Shown here piece by piece: positions 46,308 to 56,313 of a stretch of DNA of 64,000 nt; the stretch's first letter is position 1, and the number at the start of each line of letters is the position of its first letter. A program made the position numbers and the translations under genes. Under the pieces are notes generated by a model, which saw only the letters and a program-made list of their open reading frames with translations, made no database searches and was not told the origin of the DNA. The stretch comes from a virus: the IMG/VR virus record IMGVR_UViG_3300009068_004979, one strand, 5' to 3'.

Positions 46308-48454
46308 TTAACCAGAAGAATTATTAGGGTATGTTACTTGTGCCTGGTATCCAATTTGACCAATGATGCCGCATCCTAGAGCATCTTTAACGTGCACATT
46401 GTAGGTGCCAGCCCCCAGGCCAGTGTATGTGTAGCTTGGAGAGCCAGAGCCAGTCCAGTATGCGCCACCACCTGACGGATTCTGTGGCGTCGATGGCAGT
46501 CCACCACTGGCTAAATTAAAATAATATACTGATCCGAACGGGCTGCCTAGCCCAGTTACAGTGAGAGCGCCGTAGCCTGGACCGGATGCACGATTTGCAT
46601 TGCAGAACCAACTCAAAGGTTTGTATGTGGATTGAAACCAACGATATGCGCCTCGAAATTCTGACATGCGTGCAGGTAAATATGTATTATCGGTGCCTGT
46701 CGGTGCCCAATTGGTTGCATTCTTTTCTGTTTGGTAAGGATTGCATACACCAGTCTTATTGAAAGGATTGGAACCAGAACCCAAGGCTACTCTGTAAGGA
46801 TTTGAAGATTGATCTTCACGAGCACTAAGAGAAGTATTTGATGCAGTAGTTGCTTGATCAAGCAACAAGTTGATACTCCCAGAGCCTCCAGCACCATCAC
46901 CTACTGCTACTGATCCTACACCAGGTGAGCCCAGTGTGTAGTTACCACCTCCAGTTATTACAGTGATTGTGAAAGCAGACCCAGCAGTAGAACCACCAAT
47001 GTTTGTAACTGTGGGTGTAACTGAGTACGTGCCAGCTGCAGCTGTAATGGTGCCTGCAATGTCACCAGTAGATGCATTCAATGATGCACCAGTAGGGAGC
47101 CCGGTGGCACTGTATGCAGTAGCTGGAATATTGTTGGTTATGTAATTTGCCAATTGAATTGTACCCATGGCGGTATTTCTTACTTCTACGGCATTAGCAA
47201 CAGTACCAAGCACAGGTTTCACATAGTTATCACCTACATAAGGGCTGCCAAGCTTGTAGAATGCACCAGGGATAGCAGCTACAGGTTGAGGAGCACCAGC
47301 AACAACTATGCCAGGGAAGTCTGCAGTTACACTGGCACCTAGGTATATTGCAGTTGTGGATAGAGTGTTTCTGAATGTTCTTAATGATAAAGGAGCAGGG
47401 GCGCCAATGTTATTAACAGAAATGCCACCAACCTTGCTTCCACCTGTGCCATCAGCAATAGCTAAGCCTACCATGGTTGGTGCACCAGCAACCACACTGG
47501 CATTACCACCTGCACTGGAAAGAGCAACACTAATACCATATGTTTGATTGCGCTTGCTGCTGCTCTGATCAAAAGTTTCAAGATAACCTGTCAAAGTTTT
47601 GGAGAGGGTGTATGTGGAGCCTGCAAGTGTATAGTAATAAGCAGCTCCACCTTGTGTGACGCCATCGGCATCTGAATTGCTGCCAATAGCAAGTCCATTT
47701 TGATCAATATCAAGACTAGCACCAAAAAATCCTTCAGTTTGTGGCACCGGTGGGTCTATCTTTTGCTGCTGTGTCCATGCAGATGTTGTGGGGTTGAATG
47801 TGAAATAATACACTGCACCAGCACTGGTACTTGCACCATATGTTTTTGTGGGCGCGCTGACGACAAGTTTATTTTCATGCATGGCAGCAGCGAATCCGAA
47901 TCTGTCACCTGCAAGCAAATCCGAAGAAGCAAATTGTTCAATTGTGCATATTTGGCAATGCCGCCAGTGAGCCGGTAATAATAGCATGCACCACCATTGG
48001 CAACAGATTCTGAATTTCTAGCACAACCAACTACTAAATTTCTGCCACTCAAAGCTAGTGCAGAACCAAACTCTTTCACATTAACATTAGAATCGCTGGC
48101 TGATAGCACATATGTCTGTGAAGCAGTAGGTGTGCCAGGATTTTCATACACATACACACGGCTCTTGCCAGGCATGCCCACAAAGTACATACTCGTACCA
48201 AATACAGCACTCAATGCTAAGGATGTGCCAAAGCCGTCACCAGCAGATCTGGAAGCAAATGGAGCTGCTGTTATTAAAGAATAAAAAGTAAAATTCCCAC
48301 TTGAATAGTTGTAAATGAAAACTTTGCCTTTGTTGTCAGCTTCAGGTGCAGTGACCATGAGCTTGCTCATGTCATTGTTACCGTGCAGAACACTGCCAAA
48401 TTGATCAGTATTTGAAGAATATACGGTGGGAGAATATGATGTTAAATCAGCCAT
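46308..48454 (-). CDS. FG-GAP (integrin-alpha-like) beta-propeller + He_PIG Ig-domain virion protein, split by a 1-nt frameshift near 47935-47975
   Basis: FG...GAP repeats continue across ORFs 47756..48454 and 46308..47987. YSATGLPTG..LN..TG.I.GT is an Ig motif. Confidence 0.75.
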
Positions 48455-48459
48455 GATGT

Positions 48460-50112
48460 TTACTTCTGTTTATTATTTAGTTCTTTGATTGCTTCAATCA
48501 ATAACGGTATGATCTTCTCATAGCGTACTGCCTTGGTTCCATTGTCACGGGTAGTAACAATTTCAGGCATGATAGCTTCAATTTCTTGAGCAATGACACC
48601 CACGTCTTTGCCGTGGAACGGGGCATTATCTTGCCATTCAAAGTTAACACCAGATATCTTAGTAATTTTTTCTAATGGCGATGCAATCTTCTTGATGTTC
48701 TTCTTGAGAGTTACATCAGAAGTTGCATAAGCCACAACGTCTTGTGATATTCTCAATCCACCACTGATGGTGACATTGTCAGTAGCTGTAGCATTACTTA
48801 CTTGAATTAAGAATGAATTACCGGCTTGTGCTGATGATAACACTGTGCCAGCTGAACCACCGCGCAACCACAAGTGACCAGTGTCACTAGAATGTATATC
48901 CACATGATCTGTTGTATTGGGTCGTCCTCTGGAGAACAATCCACCTGATACCGCAAACACATAATTACTACCAAATCCTGTGCCATAGTTTAAATTGCGA
49001 TCAATGTTAATGCCTGCTAGTGGTCCATCACGCACAATCAATGTGGGGTTGCCTTCATAACCATCGAAAATAGCTATGGGCTGTTCTGCGTTAGTAGGGT
49101 TAGCTTCTTTAACATACAAAGCTGGTGCTAAATTAGCAGAGAAGTTAATGACACTCAATGCACTAGTGACAGTTACAATGGTTTCAATGTATGTGGCATC
49201 ACCATAAACTGACAAGTTGCCTTGAATAGTTAAGTTCTTATCAATGTATGCGCTATCTCTGAATCTCGGAAAACCAATGAAATCAAAATCTGGTGTATTG
49301 AAATTACCATCATCATTACCATGGCGTGTGGAAGAGAAAGTGATACCCAATGTTGTGGGTGTTGCACTCAAGACTATTTGTTCATATTGTTTTCCTGAAA
49401 GATGGGTTCCAAGGCTCATGGAAGTTTTGCCTTGAATGATGAACCGGCCACTGGTGGATCTCACGACTGTTGTGCTGAGTGTTGGGTGATTTGCGTAAAT
49501 GTGAATAGCAGCACCACTGGTTGTGTTGCCATTAATGAAAAGTGAATTGTCAATGTTAACTGTAGCATTTAAGTTGTTACTGACTTGCTTGTTTCTAACA
49601 TTACCAAAATAGAAACTGCCATAAGCAGCACACAGTGAAAGGTAGCGAGAATCAAACTCAATGGTGCCCAAGCTAAGATTGGATATGCGGTTGCTATTTC
49701 CTGTGGTATTATAAGGATAACAGATGTTAAAACCTTCACCAGCATACGCATTTGGTACACCCCATTTGCCTTGATTGGCTGTTATCTTCTGTAAAGAGAG
49801 CTCATCAACAATGGGATGAATATCATTCCATGTGGAGCCATCCCATGCCCATAAGCGAGTATCTGTAGTTTGATAGATAGTATCACCCACTTCAGCTAGA
49901 GAAGAATATGCAGTTCTGTCGGATGTGATACCTAAGAAATAATTACCAACGGCTTTGCCACCAAGAGAAACACCGTCTCCTATGAACAAACGCTGTGTAT
50001 CAACTGTGTATCCTAATTCACCTTCTGTCAGGATGGTAAGCTTACGCTCATAGTCCTGACCTCTGCGTATCAGAATCTTTACAATTGTATCGCTGGTAAT
50101 CTCAATTGCCAT
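48460..50112 (-). CDS. Tail fibre with Mtd-N-like N-terminus and C-terminal intramolecular chaperone (peptidase S74)
   Basis: IRRG...GELGY..DT.RLFIGDG; SDVTLKKNI...GVIAQE...V.YEKIIPLLIEAIKEL. Confidence 0.88.
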   Translation of the reverse strand: MAIEITSDTIVKILIRRGQDYERKLTILTEGELGYTVDTQRLFIGDGVSLGGKAVGNYFLGITSDRTAYSSLAEVGDTIYQTTDTRLWAWDGSTWNDIHPIVDELSLQKITANQGKWGVPNAYAGEGFNICYPYNTTGNSNRISNLSLGTIEFDSRYLSLCAAYGSFYFGNVRNKQVSNNLNATVNIDNSLFINGNTTSGAAIHIYANHPTLSTTVVRSTSGRFIIQGKTSMSLGTHLSGKQYEQIVLSATPTTLGITFSSTRHGNDDGNFNTPDFDFIGFPRFRDSAYIDKNLTIQGNLSVYGDATYIETIVTVTSALSVINFSANLAPALYVKEANPTNAEQPIAIFDGYEGNPTLIVRDGPLAGINIDRNLNYGTGFGSNYVFAVSGGLFSRGRPNTTDHVDIHSSDTGHLWLRGGSAGTVLSSAQAGNSFLIQVSNATATDNVTISGGLRISQDVVAYATSDVTLKKNIKKIASPLEKITKISGVNFEWQDNAPFHGKDVGVIAQEIEAIMPEIVTTRDNGTKAVRYEKIIPLLIEAIKELNNKQK

Positions 50113-50113
50113 A

Positions 50114-50593
50114 TTATGCTACCCTCACTACTCCTAAATCATTCCATAATTTACCACTGGCTACACCAGGATTTGATGTAGGCAGTAAAGATCCATTGAT
50201 GCCTGAAGCATCCACATAAAGCTGACCTGATCCATTGTATTTCATCGATGCATTGTCAGTTTGAGTGCCTACAAATTTATATGCAGATGGTGTTGTGTAA
50301 TTTGGAAAATTATTCGCATCACGGCCAGATAGCACATACAAATAAGACGAGCTTGTATCAAATACTAAATCGCCTACTTGAGCTGTGGCTAATGATGCAG
50401 GTGTTGATAGATTGCCAAAATAAAATTTAAGAGCTGCAGAATTACCACCTTTTGTGACACCATCTCCTACAAACAAACGCTGAGAATTAGTATCAGTTAC
50501 ATAGCCAATTTCACCCTGATCCAGAGTAATTAGCCGTCTCTCAGCATCTGTGCCTCTTCTAACTTTGAGCTTTATTACGGAAACTGTAGCCAT
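50114..50593 (-). CDS. Short fibre/adaptor protein with Mtd-N-like domain
   Basis: KVRRGT...GEIGY..D..RLFVGDG; TAAATA-N6-ATG upstream. Confidence 0.75.
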   Translation of the reverse strand: MATVSVIKLKVRRGTDAERRLITLDQGEIGYVTDTNSQRLFVGDGVTKGGNSAALKFYFGNLSTPASLATAQVGDLVFDTSSSYLYVLSGRDANNFPNYTTPSAYKFVGTQTDNASMKYNGSGQLYVDASGINGSLLPTSNPGVASGKLWNDLGVVRVA

Positions 50594-50626
50594 TTAAATT
50601 ATTTATTAAAATTGAGCGTTTATCAA

Positions 50627-52243
50627 TTAATTTAAGTAGATTATAATGGAGCTACTATATGCTTTATCTAATTCGCTCTTAAGCAAATTCATTAGATTTA
50701 TCTGTACATCATATAGCTTTTTAAATGCTCTATTGACTATAATATTTTGAAAGATTTCATTAGCACCTATATAGAATGACATGTCTGAATCAAATGCTAC
50801 ACTCTGATACTCTGCTGGTGTTAAATATCGTGCATTTGCAAACACCAGGTTGCCTAGTGAATCTCGCTTGGCTTGAAACCGGCCTTTAATTGCATCACGG
50901 AAACGCATATGATTTTGTACTAATTTAGAGAGAGATTTGTTGAATACCCAGTTTTGTGTATACTCTTCTTCAGAAATCTTTGTTTCATCATAAGAATATA
51001 TATCAAAGAAATCATCAGCAAGCACATCATACAGATTGATGCTATCAAAAAATAAGTTGAATTTACCTGCACTAGTAGCACTGTTGGTAGTGAATACCAT
51101 GGTCTTGTCACCTTCTACTGTGGATAAAGCTGCAAAAGCGTTAATATTTTCAGCTGTATTAAACTTGAACAAATAGAACAAATACTTGCCTACATTATTT
51201 TCCGGTATTGTAACATAGCGCTTGTACACATTTTTATCAGAAATTATATAGAACAGATAAGGATTTTGTGGTGAGAAAAATAACGATTTAAATGTTTCAC
51301 CTGCCATTTGAAAAGTAGAAAGATAATAAGTTGTTGAGTCTTGAAATTCATTTGAATATTTTATGAGTTTACTATCCCTGGTTAGAACCCAGAAACTACC
51401 AGACAGATAGTCAGTTTTCATGTCAAGAGGATATGATGAATAGAAGTCGCGATACAGTCCATATGTCTCTTGCCAATTTAAAAACTCATCATACTTCTTG
51501 ACGCATTTATTACCAGAATCAAGTACAAATACATTTGACCCTTGGCACACTACACTACGAGGAGAATTAAACTCTGTCTTGCTTGAGTTGGATCCATAAC
51601 CACCAATGGCATCCACATATTGCAGTGTGTTTAGTAAGACTGTATCGTCTGTTAAAAATCCTGTGGCATCATATTTGTACAGAGCATTTGCACTTAAATC
51701 CAACAAGTACATGCTGTTGTTATAATTGAAATCTATTGAATTGACATCTTGAAAATTGATTAATGAACTTGGATATGTTTCCCGCGAACTTATGGCAAGG
51801 GAAATTGATGACTGGTCATTGGGGCTTGTGAATATGACTAAATCTTTACCGTATGATGTGAAGATAGAATACTGATTGAGATTTTTATTTCTTTGAATGC
51901 TCAGAACTTTTGTTTTATCAACATTGTATAATTTGCCTGCTGTGAGCGGTCTAAACTGACTGGTGCTAAGATATCGATTCCAAGCAAATGTTGTAGAGGA
52001 CGAGCTCACACCAGCAGTTGCTGTAGAAGAAATTGGTATCACATTGCTAGCAATTTTAGAACTTTTATACAGGTATAGAAAATTTTGATACAAATGATCT
52101 AGCTTTAAATTAATAAGATCGCGTGTCACTGTATCATTATTTTGAATTTTAATTTGTTCAAAATCATATGGTAGTGACAAACTATCACCTAGATATCTAT
52201 CATAATAAAATGTTGATTGTAGGAATGCTTCGTTGATTGTCAT
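50627..52243 (-). CDS. NHL-type beta-propeller virion/baseplate protein
   Basis: FNSPRSV...VFVLDSGNKCVKKYD. Confidence 0.65.
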   Translation of the reverse strand: MTINEAFLQSTFYYDRYLGDSLSLPYDFEQIKIQNNDTVTRDLINLKLDHLYQNFLYLYKSSKIASNVIPISSTATAGVSSSSTTFAWNRYLSTSQFRPLTAGKLYNVDKTKVLSIQRNKNLNQYSIFTSYGKDLVIFTSPNDQSSISLAISSRETYPSSLINFQDVNSIDFNYNNSMYLLDLSANALYKYDATGFLTDDTVLLNTLQYVDAIGGYGSNSSKTEFNSPRSVVCQGSNVFVLDSGNKCVKKYDEFLNWQETYGLYRDFYSSYPLDMKTDYLSGSFWVLTRDSKLIKYSNEFQDSTTYYLSTFQMAGETFKSLFFSPQNPYLFYIISDKNVYKRYVTIPENNVGKYLFYLFKFNTAENINAFAALSTVEGDKTMVFTTNSATSAGKFNLFFDSINLYDVLADDFFDIYSYDETKISEEEYTQNWVFNKSLSKLVQNHMRFRDAIKGRFQAKRDSLGNLVFANARYLTPAEYQSVAFDSDMSFYIGANEIFQNIIVNRAFKKLYDVQINLMNLLKSELDKAYSSSIIIYLN

Positions 52244-55200
52244 TAGTTACTCCACTTTATTTTATTAATTCTTGCATAAACTGGCGCTAGTTTTTGCAAT
52301 TGTAATAATATTCTTTGTTCCAGAGCATATTGTAATGCAGGATCGTTGATACCACTGTTGCGCAGAATAAGGTTATAAACAGCAGATTTAGATCCAGGTA
52401 TATTAAACTTAAAGTACCTTTCAATTTCTTCTACATAATTACGACGGCCGCTTGCCAAATCAAACTCAATATCATGTATTTGCATGCCCTGTTTAGCTAA
52501 GAAATTAATATCAAAAGTATTTAATGGCTTGCTATACAGGTTAAAGTTTTTAATCATGATACCTTCTGCAAGATAAGCAGTTGTATCCAAATATTCAAAT
52601 AAAGGTATGGTTGAGCTGTAAATTGAAGCACCAATGAAAAACGGTCTGTTTATAAGGTTACTGAAACGGTATTTGCGTGGGGCAAATGTATCCATGCCTT
52701 GCTGCTGACCATCAACAAACAGATACATGTAGCCCAGATAAGAATCAAAACGCACAGCAAAATGATGATAACCTGGATCCAGTGCTGATAAGTTAAATAT
52801 AATTTCTGTTGTGGTTTTATCTGTAGAATTATAGAGATTTACAAGGCTTGCTTTGGCATTCAAACTGGCTCCTGGATATTTAGTTTCAATAATTTTACGT
52901 AAGTAATCAGCATTTGTGAGCTGCCATGGTGCAGCTGTGGATGAAACAAATGATGTACTTGCTGAAGTATATGCACCAGTAGTATTATCAATTTTATAAT
53001 ATTTGAGCTTATTACTAGCAGTTGGTAATTGCACAGTAATAATAGGATATCTATCCGATTGACTGCCAGTAACAAATTCTGATACTGCATCTACTCTGTA
53101 ATTTACATAGCCGTCTGACGGGAGTACACCAGATAGTAATAATGTTCTTGTGCTTGTAAATTTAGCAAATTTAATATCATTATAAAGAATCCAAATATTA
53201 TTATCGAGATCAACAGTGAACCCATTAATTTTAGTAGATGAAAATGCTACTGTGACATTAGTATTTGAATCAATATTGTCCCATCTATATATGGCAGTAT
53301 TGGTTGAATAGTAAATTGTATCGTCTATTCTGAATGATTGGTTACCTTCTGTAAAATAAAATAGCTCGTTAGAATTATCAATAGTAGAGGCACCATTAAT
53401 ATTATTGACATTATCTGTAAATCTAAAATGACCTGCAGATTGCTCTTGGTTAGTTATGTCTAGGTAAGCACCTGAATCAAAAGTATAAGATACAAGTGTT
53501 TTAGTGCTAGGACCTGTTTTGTTTAGAATGTATGCTGTATTATCTGTGTAATCAATGTCTTGAACTGCAGTAATAACACCAGCAGGTGTCTTGGAGCTTT
53601 CCACGTTCAAGTTATTCATTCTGCGAATTGAGCCATCAGCAAATACCAAGTGATAGTCTAAAAACCCCTCGCGTTTAATAATTCCTGTGATGTTACTATC
53701 AAATTCCACATTATTAAGCGTGATAAAATTAGTATTAGTTATGTTGAGTATTTTGTTTCTGGGTATCAACAGAGTGGGTGTAATTGAGTTTTCATTGAAA
53801 ATACCAAACCCATCATTGCCATAATTGCCTATAAATTGATATGCAAATGGCTTGTTCCAATCATTGCAATGAGCATAGAAGCAAATGGTAAATTGATTTG
53901 TTTCATTTATGGCTGATAGCGAATTGGTAATTGCATAAGTGTTTCCGTTGAAAATAAATTCATTATCTGTTGTTATCTGATCTGTTGCATCAGAACCATC
54001 AATGTAGTAAAACTGAGGCAAGCCACTCAAGATTAATATTGGATTCAATGAATTCAAATAGCGATTCACATCAGACGGGCCATAGTGATGATAAGCATAA
54101 TAGGTTCCCTTTTCAAACACAAGATCTGATGGTTTATCAAAAACATCCACATCCCCTAGCAAATCTGCTACACGGGAAACTAAGCAATCAAAAATAGTTG
54201 CATACTTGATGGCTTGAAATTCTGATGCTGTTAATGCTGCAAAAAATGAAATTTTCTTAGGGTTGTAATAACGATCCATCCAGATGGGTTTAACTAGAGG
54301 ATCAACACTGCCTGATAGCCATGCACACAAGAAATTACCAGAAGTTTCTTCAATGGTGTCACCATAGTTAGATGTGTTTCTAAAGTCTGCTTTTTTCTTG
54401 AAAAGTTTATCTGATTTTAAAGGATGATCGCCAGCTATGGCGCCGGCTTCTGTGAGCCCGGAATCATTAATGTTGAGTCTTTCAAATGGATAAAATACCT
54501 GTGGAACATGAAAGTAGGTGACTTTATCGCGCTTGAGTTCTATCTTGGATGTATATGCCTCATATCCAAGTGAAATGTTATCATTACCATTCAATTGGTT
54601 TGAACCTGTGAACAATTTTTTATAATCTCTGAATTCAACTCTATTTTCATTAAAGAACGGATTATTTCTGGACTGATAATTTTCAGATGTATTAGTATTT
54701 TTGAGAGAAAGTGCATTCACATCCAGGCTTGTTCCAGATAGTGTTAAGTATTCATTGTTGAGAAGCAAGTTTGATTCAACGTTAACATAACTAAAGCCCG
54801 GATTAATTTCTTGTGAGTTAGTTTTTAAGTTCTTTTTATAGCTTACCCATGAGTCAAATAGCTTTGTGTTGTTAGGGGCTTCATTTCGAGGTATGCATCT
54901 AAAAATTGAATTTGTTCCATAAGGCAATTGTGATGCTGTAATAGCAGACACCAGTGCCAATTCTTGATTACCAGGGTTGAAGCTCAGGTATTGAATAATA
55001 TCATTAACGTTCTTGAGAAACACAACAAAATCATTGGCACGATCATACACATAATTGAACACCTGTGGGCTGTAGGTGCCAAGTACATCAAGAGCTGCAT
55101 CCTTAGGAAAACTTAAATTGCCTGCTGCATCAAAAGTGAGATATCTGGCAACACCTTCATATTCATGACCAATTTTGCACAGAGTATCTGTTAAAAATAC

Positions 55201-55602
55201 TATGTCAAAAAAGTATCTGTTGTCTATCTGTGTGTATGTACCAGACACAGCTACTGCTGCAACATTTTGTGCAATGTCTGGCTCTTCTGTGACCCAGAAG
55301 CGAGAAGTAGGTGTGATTTGCGCAAATGCATTAACAGCTAGGTATGTGGAAAACCCTTCATCTTCAATTTTACTCAATTGATCTATGTTTAAATTGGTGC
55401 TGAGTACTGATTTATTTGTTAAGAATAGTGAAGAATAATTGTTAGTTCTGTTGTCGTTTAGATTGTTTAAAACTTTGGTCAACGGCAAATTAATACCTTG
55501 CTCCGTAAATAGCATGTTTTGATTGAAGCTTATGGATGTATCTGGTGCGTATTTAGACGTCAAACCTAAGAAATTGGTTGAGCTTAATGTGATAACCTCC
55601 AT
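52243..55602 (-). CDS. Large virion/baseplate protein with LamG-like segments
   Basis: 1119 aa; FTICFY..., GYHHFAVRFD...LFVDG; TAAATA-N5-ATG upstream. Confidence 0.65.
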   Translation of the reverse strand: MEVITLSSTNFLGLTSKYAPDTSISFNQNMLFTEQGINLPLTKVLNNLNDNRTNNYSSLFLTNKSVLSTNLNIDQLSKIEDEGFSTYLAVNAFAQITPTSRFWVTEEPDIAQNVAAVAVSGTYTQIDNRYFFDIVFLTDTLCKIGHEYEGVARYLTFDAAGNLSFPKDAALDVLGTYSPQVFNYVYDRANDFVVFLKNVNDIIQYLSFNPGNQELALVSAITASQLPYGTNSIFRCIPRNEAPNNTKLFDSWVSYKKNLKTNSQEINPGFSYVNVESNLLLNNEYLTLSGTSLDVNALSLKNTNTSENYQSRNNPFFNENRVEFRDYKKLFTGSNQLNGNDNISLGYEAYTSKIELKRDKVTYFHVPQVFYPFERLNINDSGLTEAGAIAGDHPLKSDKLFKKKADFRNTSNYGDTIEETSGNFLCAWLSGSVDPLVKPIWMDRYYNPKKISFFAALTASEFQAIKYATIFDCLVSRVADLLGDVDVFDKPSDLVFEKGTYYAYHHYGPSDVNRYLNSLNPILILSGLPQFYYIDGSDATDQITTDNEFIFNGNTYAITNSLSAINETNQFTICFYAHCNDWNKPFAYQFIGNYGNDGFGIFNENSITPTLLIPRNKILNITNTNFITLNNVEFDSNITGIIKREGFLDYHLVFADGSIRRMNNLNVESSKTPAGVITAVQDIDYTDNTAYILNKTGPSTKTLVSYTFDSGAYLDITNQEQSAGHFRFTDNVNNINGASTIDNSNELFYFTEGNQSFRIDDTIYYSTNTAIYRWDNIDSNTNVTVAFSSTKINGFTVDLDNNIWILYNDIKFAKFTSTRTLLLSGVLPSDGYVNYRVDAVSEFVTGSQSDRYPIITVQLPTASNKLKYYKIDNTTGAYTSASTSFVSSTAAPWQLTNADYLRKIIETKYPGASLNAKASLVNLYNSTDKTTTEIIFNLSALDPGYHHFAVRFDSYLGYMYLFVDGQQQGMDTFAPRKYRFSNLINRPFFIGASIYSSTIPLFEYLDTTAYLAEGIMIKNFNLYSKPLNTFDINFLAKQGMQIHDIEFDLASGRRNYVEEIERYFKFNIPGSKSAVYNLILRNSGINDPALQYALEQRILLQLQKLAPVYARINKIKWSN

Positions 55603-55623
55603 AACTTTATTTATCCAAAGATT

Positions 55624-56301
55624 CTAAATAGCAGCTGTGAGACCTTCTATGGAAGTTGCATATTTAAACAATGTTACATATTCTGGATCAGTTACTTCTA
55701 TGACTTTCAAGTCTTTATTGAAACTCTTGGAGAGCTGCAATGAATCTAACAAGTGATAATCCCCAAATTCAAACAATGAATCATGATACATGTCAAAGGT
55801 AATATTGAATATGTTTACAACAGAACTGCCATTGATTACAGATACAGATGGATTGAATGTGGTTTTAATTTGGTTGGATGGCCAATAATCATGTGCAGGT
55901 GAGGTGCTTTTTGGATCTGCAGCATTGGTTGTGGATGCAATGCCTCGTTCCACACTCCTAGATGTTCCGTCACCAAAGTCATACACTATTTTTAACAATG
56001 GATAATATTTTGTATCCACAGCAGATGGTACAAATGTGATGGTGTATGGTCCTTTGAATGGACCTGCTGTTAAAAATGTGAGTGTGTTGGTTATGATGTA
56101 TCCCCATGGGAAGAAATTGCCTCCTTGTGCAGTGAATGGGTATACAAATGTGCCAGTTGTGGTGGTGAATCGGCTTCCATCTGCTGATATAGGGTAAGTA
56201 AAATTAGTGCCTAGTACTGGATCCACAAAGATATAATGATTGATTAAATCAGGTGTACCATATGTTTGAGTAGTGGATAATACTATGGAATATGTTTTCA
56301 C
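55624..56301 (-). CDS. Virion protein with PKD-like domain
   Basis: YDFGDGT...P.H.Y; TAAGTA-N6-GTG upstream. Confidence 0.6.
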   Translation of the reverse strand: MKTYSIVLSTTQTYGTPDLINHYIFVDPVLGTNFTYPISADGSRFTTTTGTFVYPFTAQGGNFFPWGYIITNTLTFLTAGPFKGPYTITFVPSAVDTKYYPLLKIVYDFGDGTSRSVERGIASTTNAADPKSTSPAHDYWPSNQIKTTFNPSVSVINGSSVVNIFNITFDMYHDSLFEFGDYHLLDSLQLSKSFNKDLKVIEVTDPEYVTLFKYATSIEGLTAAI

Positions 56302-56313
56302 TTTAATTACTTA

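Noticed and set aside
48460-50593. Diversity-generating retroelement suggested by Mtd-N-like domains
   Set aside because: No reverse transcriptase and no adenine-variable TR/VR pair seen in the window. Mtd-N is a generic fibre attachment domain.
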